Both the position numbers and the translations under genes were made by a program. Below, piece after piece: positions 39,407 to 49,392 of a stretch of 64,000 nucleotides of DNA. The DNA is taken from NCBI GenBank assembly GCA_965203275.1, contig OZ241865.1, forward strand, positions 416,001 to 480,000, in the 5' to 3' direction. How positions within the stretch are numbered: the first letter of the stretch is position 1; each line of letters starts with the position of its first letter. This DNA is from Bdellovibrionales bacterium (GTDB lineage: Bacteria; Bdellovibrionota; Bdellovibrionia; Bdellovibrionales; JAUICD01). Below the pieces are notes generated by a model, which saw only the letters and a list, made by a program, of their open reading frames with translations, did no database searches and was not told the origin of the DNA.

Positions 39407-41461
39407 ATGGCAAAAAAAACAACATGGCAAAATACAAACCGCACAAAGGCTACCTTTCAGCTTGTCTCAGATTTTGCTCCAGCAGGAGATCAAGTGAAAG
39501 CTATAAGCTCTCTAGTGGATAATTTTCAAAAGCTAGATCATCAAACTTTGTTAGGGGTGACAGGTTCAGGTAAGACTTTCACTATGGCTAATGTGATTCA
39601 GAAACTCAATTTGCCTACATTGATTCTTGCTCACAATAAAACCTTAGCTGCCCAGCTGTTCTCTGAATTTAAGTTACTTTTCCCACACAATGCTGTAGAA
39701 TATTTTGTCAGCTATTATGACTATTATCAACCTGAAGCCTACCTACCTGCTAGTGATACTTTTATAGAAAAAGATTCTTCTATCAATGATCAAATTGATA
39801 GAATGAGGCATGCTGCTACACACTCTTTGTTTGAACGTAGTGATGTTTTGATTGTCAGCAGTGTATCTTGTATTTATGGTCTTGGTAGTCCAGAAGCATA
39901 TCAAAAAATGATGTTATCTGTTAAAGTCAACCATCAAATAAACAGAGATGTTTTTTTAAAAGAACTTGTACGTATTTTATATGACAGAAATGACATTGAC
40001 TTTCATAGAGGGACTTTTCGCGTCAAGGGGGATGTGGTAGATATTCATCCTCCATACGAAGAAAATCGAGCTATTCGCATAGAGTTTTTTGGCAATTATA
40101 TTGATCGTATTTCTTGGATTGACCCCATAAGAGGAACTCGTTTATCACAGCAAGATTCTATCAGCATTTATCCAGGAAGTCATCATGTCACAACAGAACA
40201 GCAAATTAAAAAGGCTATTACTTCTATACAAGAGGAGTTGAGAGGGCGGTTACAGCATTTGCAACAAAATATGATGGTATTAGAAGCTCAAAGATTAGAA
40301 CAAAGAACTTATTATGATATTGAAATGATTGAAGAAATGGGGTTTTGTCACGGCATTGAAAATTATTCCAGACATTTTACAGGAAGGAAGCCTGGCCAGC
40401 CTCCTCCTACTCTACTTGAATATTTTCCAAAAGAATTTTTATGTATTATAGATGAAAGCCATATCACTATTCCACAAGTAAGAGCTATGTCACATGGAGA
40501 TAAGGCACGTAAAACAGTACTTGTAGAGCATGGCTTTCGGTTACCTTCTGCCTTAGATAATCGTCCTTTAAACTTTGATGAGTTTAATGAGTTTTTAAGT
40601 AAAACCATTTATGTATCTGCAACACCCGCAGAGTATGAATTAGAAAAATCACTAGGCTGTATTGTAGAGCAGATTATTCGCCCTACAGGACTTTTAGATC
40701 CTCTTGTAGATATAAGGCCTGCAACCCATCAAGTCGATAATCTTTTACCAGAAATTAAAAAAGTCATTTTGAAAAAAGAACGAATCTTGATCACAACATT
40801 GACAAAAAAAAGTGCAGAAGATTTAAGTCAGTATTATGAGAAGATCGGTTTAAAAGTAAAATACCTGCACAGCGATATCAAAACCCTAGAGAGGACAGAG
40901 ATTTTAAGAGATTTTAGATTAGGTGTTTTTGATGTTTTGATTGGCATTAATCTTTTAAGAGAAGGATTAGACTTGCCAGAAGTTAGTTTAGTAGCTGTGT
41001 TGGATGCAGATAAAGAGGGGTTTTTACGATCAGCTCAATCCTTGATACAAACAATGGGACGAGCTGCTCGAAATGTAAATGGGCATGTTATTCTTTATGC
41101 TGATGTGAAAACTCGTTCTATTGAAAAAGCTATGGAAGAAACAAAACGTCGTCGTCAAATACAAGAAGCTTATAATAAGAAACATCAGATCACTCCTCAG
41201 ACAATACAAAAGAATGTAGCTGCTAGTTTAAAAGAAGAAACTCATAGCAGTATGGATTCTCCTTTAATAGATACAAGTGCTATTGACTTGCCAGCTAAGC
41301 TTTATGAGCAGTATAAAGGGCGAACTGCTCAAATTGCAAAAGACATTAAAATACTCAAAAAGCAAATGCAAGAAGCTTCTCAAAATTTGGCATTTGAGGA
41401 AGCAGCCCGGTTAAGAGATGAAATTAAACGATTAGAAATTTTAGACTTGGAAATGCGATAA
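39407..41461 (+). CDS. uvrB: excinuclease ABC subunit B
   Basis: [40 protein letters not shown]-terminal UVR domain FEEAARLRD. Confidence 0.98.
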   Translation: MAKKTTWQNTNRTKATFQLVSDFAPAGDQVKAISSLVDNFQKLDHQTLLGVTGSGKTFTMANVIQKLNLPTLILAHNKTLAAQLFSEFKLLFPHNAVEYFVSYYDYYQPEAYLPASDTFIEKDSSINDQIDRMRHAATHSLFERSDVLIVSSVSCIYGLGSPEAYQKMMLSVKVNHQINRDVFLKELVRILYDRNDIDFHRGTFRVKGDVVDIHPPYEENRAIRIEFFGNYIDRISWIDPIRGTRLSQQDSISIYPGSHHVTTEQQIKKAITSIQEELRGRLQHLQQNMMVLEAQRLEQRTYYDIEMIEEMGFCHGIENYSRHFTGRKPGQPPPTLLEYFPKEFLCIIDESHITIPQVRAMSHGDKARKTVLVEHGFRLPSALDNRPLNFDEFNEFLSKTIYVSATPAEYELEKSLGCIVEQIIRPTGLLDPLVDIRPATHQVDNLLPEIKKVILKKERILITTLTKKSAEDLSQYYEKIGLKVKYLHSDIKTLERTEILRDFRLGVFDVLIGINLLREGLDLPEVSLVAVLDADKEGFLRSAQSLIQTMGRAARNVNGHVILYADVKTRSIEKAMEETKRRRQIQEAYNKKHQITPQTIQKNVAASLKEETHSSMDSPLIDTSAIDLPAKLYEQYKGRTAQIAKDIKILKKQMQEASQNLAFEEAARLRDEIKRLEILDLEMR

Positions 41462-41481
41462 AACATATTAAAATAAGTTAT

Positions 41482-42234
41482 TTAATTATGCTTAGATATG
41501 TAATGAATGCCTTTTTTGTTTTCTTTACTTAATAATTGGCAACCTTCTGGTCGATTATTTTGATGATCTTTTAAGCACTGCACATAGCTTCTTTCTTCTA
41601 CCACTTGACAATCAGGACTCTCTATATTTGCATCATCAGGGTTCATTTCGATACAACGTACAGAACAGCAAGTTTTATTTTCATAAATTTCTTCTTCTGG
41701 GACTATTTCTTCAATAGCAGAAGTAGCTAGAGGATGATGACATAACTCTCCTATCCCTAAAACAACACCAGAACGTTTGAGATTTTCTTTGAGCCTTTCT
41801 TGACAAGAAGGGAGACATTGACCATTAACTTCTTTGTAATGAGGTAGTCTTTGGTTTTTGTTGCAAAAACTTTGTTTTAAGCTTTCTTTTGTGTTGGATG
41901 TTTGTGGCAAAACTTTAGCCACAAAAACACCTGATGGATGAGAAGAAAAACTAGATGAACTGGCTGGAGTGGGAGTAGGGGTAGGGGTAGGAGTAGGAGT
42001 GGGAGTGGGAGTAGGAGTTGGAGTGGGAGTGGGAGTAGGTGTAGGAGTAGGAGTGGGAGTAGGTGTAGGGGTGGGTGTAGGAGTAGGAGGGGGGGGAGTA
42101 GGGGTAGGATTTGGTCGAGAATTTGGAATTCTAATTGTATCTTTAGCTTCCCAGCTACAAGTTGCTATGAATGGTAAATAAAATACCACAATTAAAGATA
42201 ATGCCAATGTTTTATATAGATACTTCATATTCAC
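41482..42234 (-). CDS. exported Pro-Thr repeat protein with Cys-rich C-terminal domain
   Basis: Signal or lipoprotein-like N-terminus, about 20 PT repeats, multiple Cys (CLPSC, TCCSVRC). Confidence 0.75.
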   Translation of the reverse strand: MNMKYLYKTLALSLIVVFYLPFIATCSWEAKDTIRIPNSRPNPTPTPPPPTPTPTPTPTPTPTPTPTPTPTPTPTPTPTPTPTPTPTPTPASSSSFSSHPSGVFVAKVLPQTSNTKESLKQSFCNKNQRLPHYKEVNGQCLPSCQERLKENLKRSGVVLGIGELCHHPLATSAIEEIVPEEEIYENKTCCSVRCIEMNPDDANIESPDCQVVEERSYVQCLKDHQNNRPEGCQLLSKENKKGIHYISKHN

Positions 42235-42245
42235 CTCATTTGGTT

Positions 42246-42617
42246 TTCACTCAAAGTGGTCTATTTCACTCAAAGTGAACTGACCTCTGGTCACTTTCTG
42301 GCGATGACCACGACGGCTCTCGCCGTCGATAAAATGGTCATCGCCTAGAAAGCCTGTTCACTTTGAGTAGGGAGGATCCTTTTCTTTTTTAACACGATGT
42401 TAAGGAAAAAGTTCCTTCTTACACCTGATTGCCAGATCCCGGATCCCATATCCCAGATCCCGGGCTTAACATGGTGTAAAGGAATAAAAGGATCCTTCTC
42501 TACTCAAAATGAGCGGATTTTTTAGGTGTTGCCTATTTTGTCAAAGGTGTAAGCCTTTGCAGGCAACACCAAAAAACACACCAGCGGTGTGGCTCATTTT
42601 GAGTGAAATGTTAAGAA
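42246..42617. repeat. structured element cluster 6a
   Basis: Reverse copy, heptamer tract, then a forward copy closely matching cluster 4. Confidence 0.85.
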
Positions 42618-42701
42618 AACACCCTTATTATTATATAATATAGCCTAACTTGAAAAACCTGTATGTTTTTAAAGAAAAGCCTTACTTTGGACCTATTATT
42701 G

Positions 42702-43014
42702 TCTAACTTCGTTAATCTTCATCTACCCGTACGTACCTCTTTCAGAGATACGTGAATTGTCCCCCTCAAAGTTTCCCTTCCTTGAATCTTCTATCTCTAA
42801 TTGCATAAACCCACCAGGTTAAGCCTATTTCAGAGAAATGGAAGGTCAACTTTGAGGTGATCGGTCAGAAGTTTATTGCATAACATCCTAAATATATGCT
42901 TTTTGTTGTATATATTATTCTCAATCCTTATTTTGGGCCTTCTATCATCTAACTTCGTTAATCTTCATCTACCCGTACGTACCTCTTTCAGAGATACGTG
43001 AATTGTCCCCCTCA
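42702..43014. repeat. 67-bp exact direct repeat (42702-42768 and 42948-43014)
   Basis: TCTAACTTCGTTAATCTTCATCTACCCGTACGTACCTCTTTCAGAGATACGTGAATTGTCCCCCTCA occurs twice. Confidence 0.9.
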
Positions 43015-43017
43015 TTG

Positions 43018-43368
43018 TTTCACTCAAAATGAGCCACACCGCTGGTGTGTTTTTGGGCATTGCTCTTTTTAGACAGCGTATAGCTGTCAGAGCAAACGTC
43101 AGAAGGAAATCTTTTTCCTTAACATTGTGTTAAGAAATGAGGACATCCTCCTTCCTAAAATTGAACAGGCTTTTGAGACAGTTAGCCTTTGATCGACGGC
43201 GAGAGCCGTCGGGCTAACTGTCCAAAAGTAGCCAGAGGCTAGTTCAATTTTAGGGAAACAGAGGTTGGTTTACTTTTAGTGAACGAAAGCCTTCGGCTGG
43301 CAACCAGAAAGTGACCAGAGGTCAGACCACTTTTAGTGAACCAACGGCATGATGCATTTTGAGTGAAA
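43018..43368. repeat. structured element cluster 6b
   Basis: Full copy at about 43115-43259 with outer stem CCTAAAATTGAAC/GTTCAATTTTAGG, plus stacked 3' fragments. Confidence 0.85.
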
Positions 43369-43485
43369 AAAAACAGGCCCATTTTCAGTTTTTTTATTTT
43401 ATAATAAGGTGTATACTTAAATAATAAGGTGTATAATTAAATCATATATGGACAAAAAAAGAGGAGAGTTAGTTTGTTAAAATTT

Positions 43486-44205
43486 ATGAAAGAATCTCTT
43501 TATCACAACAAATGGGCTATATTTGCTTTTATTTTAGGATTTATGGGTATTCTTCTCACTCCGTCATTTTTCCTTCATTTAAAATTTGAGGAAAAAAACA
43601 ATATTTATATTATTCCTCCCAAGGAAATGGTACATTTTTCTTTTGGTTTCCAAGAAGCTTTTGCTTCTTTGATGTGGATACGTTTATTGCAAGATATAGA
43701 TATTTGTGAGCAGGGTAAAAAAAAATCTTACAATGTAGGGTCTAGCATTGATGAGATTTTAACAAGTGATATGCCTCCATCAAGATGTCATGAGGGCTGG
43801 GTTTTTCACATGTTAGATCGGATCACTGACTTTTCCCCTCGATTTTTGTATGCTTATGTTCATGGTGGAGTACTATTAAGTATTGTGGTAGATGATCGAG
43901 AAGGAGCTAGACAGATGATGGAAAAGGGACTCAAGGAGTTTCCCGATCATTACAACCTCAATTACAATGCAGCATACCATTATCTTGCTGAAGTCAGAGA
44001 TCCTCAAAGGGCTGCTTACCTGATGAAAAGAACACATGAGCTAGGAGGGCCTTCGTGGCTTTCCTTACTAGCAGCTCGTCTTTATGCTAAAGGAGGCATG
44101 AAGGAGGCAGGCATTACTTTATTAAATGAGCTTATAGAAAATAGCTCTGATCCTGATTTTGTAGAAGCAGCTCAGGAACGGTTAAAAAAGATGATTTTAG
44201 AATAG
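43486..44205 (+). CDS. membrane-anchored TPR-like protein (resembles deltaproteobacterial pilus accessory proteins)
   Basis: N-terminal TM; FGF..A...LMWIR.LQD, KGL..FP, AAYHY..E..D...AA helical repeats; family call tentative. Confidence 0.65.
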   Translation: MKESLYHNKWAIFAFILGFMGILLTPSFFLHLKFEEKNNIYIIPPKEMVHFSFGFQEAFASLMWIRLLQDIDICEQGKKKSYNVGSSIDEILTSDMPPSRCHEGWVFHMLDRITDFSPRFLYAYVHGGVLLSIVVDDREGARQMMEKGLKEFPDHYNLNYNAAYHYLAEVRDPQRAAYLMKRTHELGGPSWLSLLAARLYAKGGMKEAGITLLNELIENSSDPDFVEAAQERLKKMILE

Positions 44206-44254
44206 TTTGTTCTTTATTCTCTCAAGCAAGATAAATTTCTTTTTGATAACTTTT

Positions 44255-44331
44255 GTACCCGTAGCTCAACTGGATAGAGTCCCAGACTACGAATCTGGTG
44301 GTTGCACGTTCGAATCGTGCCGGGTACGCCA
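44255..44331 (+). tRNA. tRNA-Arg(ACG)
   Basis: GTACCCGTAGCTCAACTGGATAGAGTCCCAGACTACGAATCTGGTGGTTGCACGTTCGAATCGTGCCGGGTACGCCA. Confidence 0.96.
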
Positions 44332-44414
44332 TTTAATATTTAGTTCAAGAAAATAAACAAAAAAAGATAGCTTGTTTCCTTAAAATGGTGTAAAGAAATG
44401 AAGGGGTACTTTTT

Positions 44415-44567
44415 CCGGGATCTGGGATCCGGCAACCCGGGATCTGGGATCCGGCAACCCGGGATCTGGGATCCGGCAACCCGGGATCTGGGATCCGGCA
44501 ACCCGGGATCTGGGATCCGGCAACCCGGGATCTGGGATCCGGCAACCCGGGATCTGGGATCCGGCAA
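44415..44567. repeat. 7 x 22-bp tandem repeat CCGGGATCTGGGATCCGGCAAC
   Basis: Perfect units starting 44415, 44437 ... 44547, built from heptamer subunits. Confidence 0.95.
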
Positions 44568-44588
44568 TTAGGTGTAAGAAGGAACTTT

Positions 44589-44732
44589 TTCCTTAACATG
44601 TAGTCAAAAAACAAGGATATCCTTTCTACTAAAAGTAAATGGACTTTTGAGGTAGCCAGCCTTTTACGACGGAGAGAGCCGTCGGGCTGGCTACCCAAAA
44701 GTGACCAGAGGTCAGTTTACTTTTAGTGAAAA
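44589..44732 (+). repeat. structured element, full copy (cluster 7)
   Basis: GGTAGCCAGCC/GGCTGGCTACC stem, TGACC AGA GGTCA hairpin, ends TTTTAGTGAAA. Confidence 0.85.
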
Positions 44733-44748
44733 AAAACGGAGGTTTATT

Positions 44749-45963
44749 ATGAAACACTTTATTTTATTTATTTTAATATTAGGAACTGTAACACCTTTAA
44801 AAGCTACCTTTATTGATACAAATCTTTGTAGTCTCTCATGGTGGCAATCGAATAAAAATATACAAGATGAGCTACAAAGTGTACTTGTCCAAGAGTCATT
44901 TCATCCTAACCAATCTTGTGATGAAAAACAAAACACCCCTTTGCTTTTAGCTGTACGTGCGGGGGTTCATTTGCAACAAATCATTACTCTTGTCACTCAA
45001 GGGGCAAATGTGTCAATGAAAAATACTGATGGAGAAAACGCCATTTACCTTGCAAGTCAGTACAACACTCAAGATGTTTACCAATACTTAACTCACGAAG
45101 CAATACAGACTAGAGAATTTCAAACATCTCTCTTACATCAAGCTTTAGTCAGTCTTGTTGAAGATGAAGCATCTCAATGGAATACTGAAAATGCTACCTT
45201 TAATCGCTATTTTCATAACACAAGAAGAAGAAGATCACGGCGAAATCAACGTGCTATAGGAGTTTATGTAGCATTTAATGCAGGAACAATTTTAGATAAC
45301 ATCTTCAATCAAGATCATACACCTGTATTAGAAGGTGAAACGCAACGAAGTGAATCGACTTCAACACTTGCTCTGACGTCAGGTATTATGCTTGGATATG
45401 CTTTTAGTCCTGTGGGAAGAAATATACCATTGCGATTCCGCCTTGAAAGCGAATATGGATACCGCAAAATGCTGGATCGCACTACAAGCACTGATGAACA
45501 AAGAGATGATTATTTCCATTCTCAGTTTACCCATCAGAGTTTCTTTCACTTTGATGCACGACATTACTTTATGAATTTCTATACAGATTTCTATCAACTA
45601 GTTGGAAACTTAACCCCTTACCTTGGTGTAGGAGTCGGTGTGAGTCATCCAAATATCCAAAGTTCATGGTTTTCTAGAGATGAAGATATATATATACCCA
45701 ACACAAATGTTTCCTTTGGAGAAACAACATTAGAAGATGACCATTCTTTAGGAATGCAAGTTCTCTTAGGAGTAGACCATGCACTCACTCGAAGAATTAC
45801 CCTAGGACTCAAAGCTCGTTATATGAAGCTTTATGAAGACTTTATGTTAAGTACTTATTGGAAAGATATTTCTAGCGGAGCATCTATGATTCATGATCAC
45901 AAGGTGGAAGATTTGGATTTTTATGACCTCACTGCACAATTGAGTATTTTTTTTGGTAGGTAA
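44749..45963 (+). CDS. ankyrin repeat / outer-membrane beta-barrel fusion protein
   Basis: GGAGG RBS, signal peptide, TPLLLAV...GANV...GENAIYLA ankyrins, then RFRLESEYGY, NFYTDF, TPYLGVGVG (opacity/OMP-type barrel). Confidence 0.78.
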   Translation: MKHFILFILILGTVTPLKATFIDTNLCSLSWWQSNKNIQDELQSVLVQESFHPNQSCDEKQNTPLLLAVRAGVHLQQIITLVTQGANVSMKNTDGENAIYLASQYNTQDVYQYLTHEAIQTREFQTSLLHQALVSLVEDEASQWNTENATFNRYFHNTRRRRSRRNQRAIGVYVAFNAGTILDNIFNQDHTPVLEGETQRSESTSTLALTSGIMLGYAFSPVGRNIPLRFRLESEYGYRKMLDRTTSTDEQRDDYFHSQFTHQSFFHFDARHYFMNFYTDFYQLVGNLTPYLGVGVGVSHPNIQSSWFSRDEDIYIPNTNVSFGETTLEDDHSLGMQVLLGVDHALTRRITLGLKARYMKLYEDFMLSTYWKDISSGASMIHDHKVEDLDFYDLTAQLSIFFGR

Positions 45964-46033
45964 AATTTTAAAAAACATTTACAAACGGCATGCTAATAGC
46001 CAGAAAATAAAGTATCTTGAGAGAAAAGAAATT

Positions 46034-46954
46034 ATGAGCAGGAGCAGAAAAGTCACAATTGTAGAAGTAGGGCCAAGAGACGGATTACAAAATGAATCTT
46101 TTATTCTCGATCAATCGACTCGGAGAGAGTTTATTAAACGGCTTTGTTTGAGTGGATTGCAGAGGATTGAAGTGGGTGCTTTTGTATCACCTCGATGGAT
46201 CCCTCAAATGGCTGGATCCTTTGATTTAATTCAAAAACTTATTAAGCAACAAGCTTCAGGTCAAATATCTCAGCAAGTGGCTTTTTCTGCTTTAGTTCCT
46301 AATATGAAAGGCATGCAAAAAGCACAAAAATCTGGTATTCAAAATATAGCTTTTTTCACAGCAGCTAGCACATCTTTTACTCAAAAAAATATTAATTGTA
46401 CTATTAAAGAAAGCCTCAAAAGGCTTGCAGAGATAAAGCCCATTATTTCTTCAGGTGATCATCTCAGAAGTTATATTAGCACAGCTTTTTACTGCCCTTA
46501 TGAAGGACGCATCAAACCAAGTGTAGTTGTAAGTTTAGCAGAAAGACTTATGGATATAGGATGTGACGAGATAGCCCTAGGAGATACAATTGGAGCAGCT
46601 TCACCTAAGGATGTGAATCAACTGCTCAATGTTTTAATTAAAAAAATACCCGCAAAATATATATCCATGCACTTTCATGATACAAGAGGTATGGCCTTAG
46701 CCAATATTAAAGAGAGCTTAGATTATGGCATACGTACATTTGATTCTAGCTTAGGTGGATTAGGGGGTTGTCCTTATGCACAAAACTCTACGGGTAATGT
46801 AGCAACAGAAGATGTGGTTTATTTTTTAGAGAGGTTAGGATATAAAACCAACATAGATCTTCAGGTGCTTATCAAAATCAACTATTGGTTGAGTAAAAAG
46901 CTCAAACATGCTTTGCCTTCTAGGATTGGTTTACTTAAATCGTCTGACTTATAA
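46034..46954 (+). CDS. hydroxymethylglutaryl-CoA lyase
   Basis: EVGPRDGLQNE, LGDTIG, HFHDTRG, GGLGGCPYA...GNVATED. Confidence 0.95.
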   Translation: MSRSRKVTIVEVGPRDGLQNESFILDQSTRREFIKRLCLSGLQRIEVGAFVSPRWIPQMAGSFDLIQKLIKQQASGQISQQVAFSALVPNMKGMQKAQKSGIQNIAFFTAASTSFTQKNINCTIKESLKRLAEIKPIISSGDHLRSYISTAFYCPYEGRIKPSVVVSLAERLMDIGCDEIALGDTIGAASPKDVNQLLNVLIKKIPAKYISMHFHDTRGMALANIKESLDYGIRTFDSSLGGLGGCPYAQNSTGNVATEDVVYFLERLGYKTNIDLQVLIKINYWLSKKLKHALPSRIGLLKSSDL

Positions 46955-47040
46955 CTTCTGCTGTTTGTTCAATGATTTGTTCAATGACATGACATAGAAA
47001 ATCCAACAACCTTAAAAGATAAATTTTTTAAACTATGTTG

Positions 47041-48033
47041 TCAGTCACAACCATCTAAATGTTTATAAGCTAAAGAACCTGCTACTCGGCCTTGAGGTGT
47101 TTTATTTAAAAAGCCTTCTTTAATTAAAAAAGGCTCATAGACATCTTCTAATGTGTTTTTTTCTTCACTCAATGCAGCAGCCATTGTTTCAATTCCTACA
47201 GGTCCTCCATCACATTTTTTAATAATAAAGTTGAGTATTCTCTTGTCCATGCCATCTAAACCTTTATGATCAACTTCTAACTGCTTAAGAGCAGAATTTG
47301 CAATATTTCCTGTGATCTTTCCATCAGCCTTGACCTGTGCATAATCTCTGATCCTCTTTAGCAAACGATTGGCAATACGAGGTGTCCCTCGACATCTTGT
47401 AGCGATCTCATTTGCTCCTTCCTCATCAATAGCTACATTTAAAAGCTTTGCAGATCGCAAAACAATTTGTTTTAAAGCCGATGCCTCATAAAAATCCAAT
47501 CTTTCTACAATACCAAACCGGTCTCGAAAAGGTGCGTTCAAAGAGCCAACTCTTGTGGTAGCTCCAATCAATGTAAAAGGAGCTATTTGAAATTGCATAG
47601 ACCTAGCTGCTAGTCCTTCCCCTGTGATTAAATCAATATAAAAATCTTCCATAGCAGAATATAAATATTCTTCCACTGTACGATTAAGACGATGAATTTC
47701 ATCAATAAACAAAATAGATTGAGGGGTTAAATGTGTGAGTAGAGCAGCAATGTCACCCTTTTTTTCTATTGTAGGACCAGATGTTGTTTTAATAGATGCA
47801 TTCATTTCATGGGCTAAAATATAACTGAGAGTCGTCTTACCAAGACCTGGAGGGCCACATAAAAGTGTATGGTCAAGAGCCTCTCCTCTTTGACGAGCAG
47901 CCTTAACAAAAATTTGTAATTTTTCTTTGACCTTGTCCTGACCAGGGAAATATTTGAAAGAAGATGGACGAAGTTTCTGCTCTAGAGAGTTATCTTTAAG
48001 GTCTTTTCTGTTGTCTACAATACGTTGTAACAT
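47041..48033 (-). CDS. ruvB: Holliday junction branch migration helicase RuvB
   Basis: LRP, GPPGLGKTT, FIDEIHRL, GATTR, RGTPRIANRLL, YEPFL. Confidence 0.97.
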   Translation of the reverse strand: MLQRIVDNRKDLKDNSLEQKLRPSSFKYFPGQDKVKEKLQIFVKAARQRGEALDHTLLCGPPGLGKTTLSYILAHEMNASIKTTSGPTIEKKGDIAALLTHLTPQSILFIDEIHRLNRTVEEYLYSAMEDFYIDLITGEGLAARSMQFQIAPFTLIGATTRVGSLNAPFRDRFGIVERLDFYEASALKQIVLRSAKLLNVAIDEEGANEIATRCRGTPRIANRLLKRIRDYAQVKADGKITGNIANSALKQLEVDHKGLDGMDKRILNFIIKKCDGGPVGIETMAAALSEEKNTLEDVYEPFLIKEGFLNKTPQGRVAGSLAYKHLDGCD

Positions 48034-48045
48034 TTTATACCTTAC

Positions 48046-48585
48046 TTATGCTCTGGATTCTTTATTCATTTTATTACGTACAGTGTATGAACGGCCATGA
48101 TAAAAAGCCATAGCCAATGCATCAGTTGCATCTAATGTTAAAAGGTGATTTTTGTATGAATCTTTAAGATGAAGTGTATGCAGTATGAGATGACGAATAT
48201 GTTTTTTAGAAGCTAGTCCACTTCCAGAGATGCCTTTTTTCACCTGACGAGTTGCTACTTCTTGAATTTCTAATTTGTGTTTTGCTAAGAGATATAAAAG
48301 CATCCCTCGTGCCTGACCTAAAACAATACCTGTATGAGCATTGCGTCCTACAAAAGCTTTTTCTAGCACAGCGACCTGAGGTTGAAATTTTGATAAAAGC
48401 TCTTCAAGTTGATCTCCTATTTTACAAAGCCTTTGAGCAACAGAGTCTTTATTTGGAACTTTTAACATTCCATGGTCTAAGTAAAGAATACTATCTATTG
48501 CTTTGACATCAATAAGGCCATAGCCACAAATGTGTGTTCCTGGATCAATGCCAATGATACGAATAATATCCTCCTTTTTTCTCAA
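48046..48585 (-). CDS. ruvC: crossover junction endodeoxyribonuclease RuvC
   Basis: IIGIDPG, LEKAF, LGQARG, DATDALAMA. Confidence 0.93.
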   Translation of the reverse strand: MRKKEDIIRIIGIDPGTHICGYGLIDVKAIDSILYLDHGMLKVPNKDSVAQRLCKIGDQLEELLSKFQPQVAVLEKAFVGRNAHTGIVLGQARGMLLYLLAKHKLEIQEVATRQVKKGISGSGLASKKHIRHLILHTLHLKDSYKNHLLTLDATDALAMAFYHGRSYTVRNKMNKESRA

Positions 48586-48746
48586 AGTCTCAAAGATTAT
48601 TTGAAGCTACATCTTTTTGAAAAAAACATTATAGTGTATCTGCACATTCAAAAACAATTTACAAGAAGATCAAATATAAAATAGGTTAGCATAGTAGAAA
48701 TAGATTGGGCAATATTTATAATTTTTGTTGCGTTGTTTTTTTAACA

Positions 48747-49325
48747 TTTCACTAAAAGTAAACTGACCTCTGGCCACTTTTGGGGAGCAAGCGGACTGCG
48801 ATAAAGGAACTTTTTCCTTAACATGGTATTTATCCGGGATCTGGGATCTGGCATCTGGCATCCGGGATCTGGGATCTGGGATCTGGGATCCGGGATCCAG
48901 CAACCGGCAAAAAAAGGAAATCTTGTTTCCTTAACATGTAGTTAAGAGACGAGGAGATCCTCCCCTACTCAAAATGCATAATTTTTTGAGGCAATGACCA
49001 TTTTGCCAATGGCGAAAGCCATTGCGGTCATTGCCCAAAAACATGCCAGAGGCATGATGCATTTTGAGTGAAACAACTAACTCCCTACTAAAAGTAAACG
49101 GACTTTTGAGGTTGCCAGCATTTAAGAAGGCGAAAGCCTTCGGCTGGCAACCCAAAAGTGACCAGAGGTCAGTTTACTTTTAGTGAAAATCAAATGAGGC
49201 AATGACCATTTTGTCAATGGCGAAAGCCATTGCGGTCATTGCCCAAAAACATGCCAGAGGCATGATGCATTTTGAGTGAAATGTTAAGGAAAAAGTGTCT
49301 TCTGATGCCGGGTTGCCAGATCCCT
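48747..49325. repeat. structured element cluster 8 with a tract of about 10 heptamers (48836-48908)
   Basis: Tandem forward copies with ACTCAAAATGCAT/ATGCATTTTGAGT and ACTAAAAGTAAAC/GTTTACTTTTAGT outer stems. Confidence 0.88.
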
Positions 49326-49392
49326 TTTATTTTGAAAATTGGTATACTCCTTTAAATCCATACCAACAAATCTTATAATTAAAAAAGGCAAA

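Noticed and set aside
41969..42181. (GV)n ORF on the + strand
   Set aside because: Antisense shadow of the Pro-Thr repeat
43401..43440. 20-bp duplication ATAATAAGGTGTATA(C/A)TTAA as a dif-like site
   Set aside because: The XerD arm TTATGTTAAAT is not matched; more likely a local promoter duplication
44340..44698. ORFs 44340-44567 and 44345-44698, and likewise 48670-48903, 56039-56257, 23156-23368, 25428-25622, 48931-49155 and 53522-53776
   Set aside because: These are translations of heptamer tracts or structured elements (IPDPGSQ-type low complexity) without RBS; likely spurious
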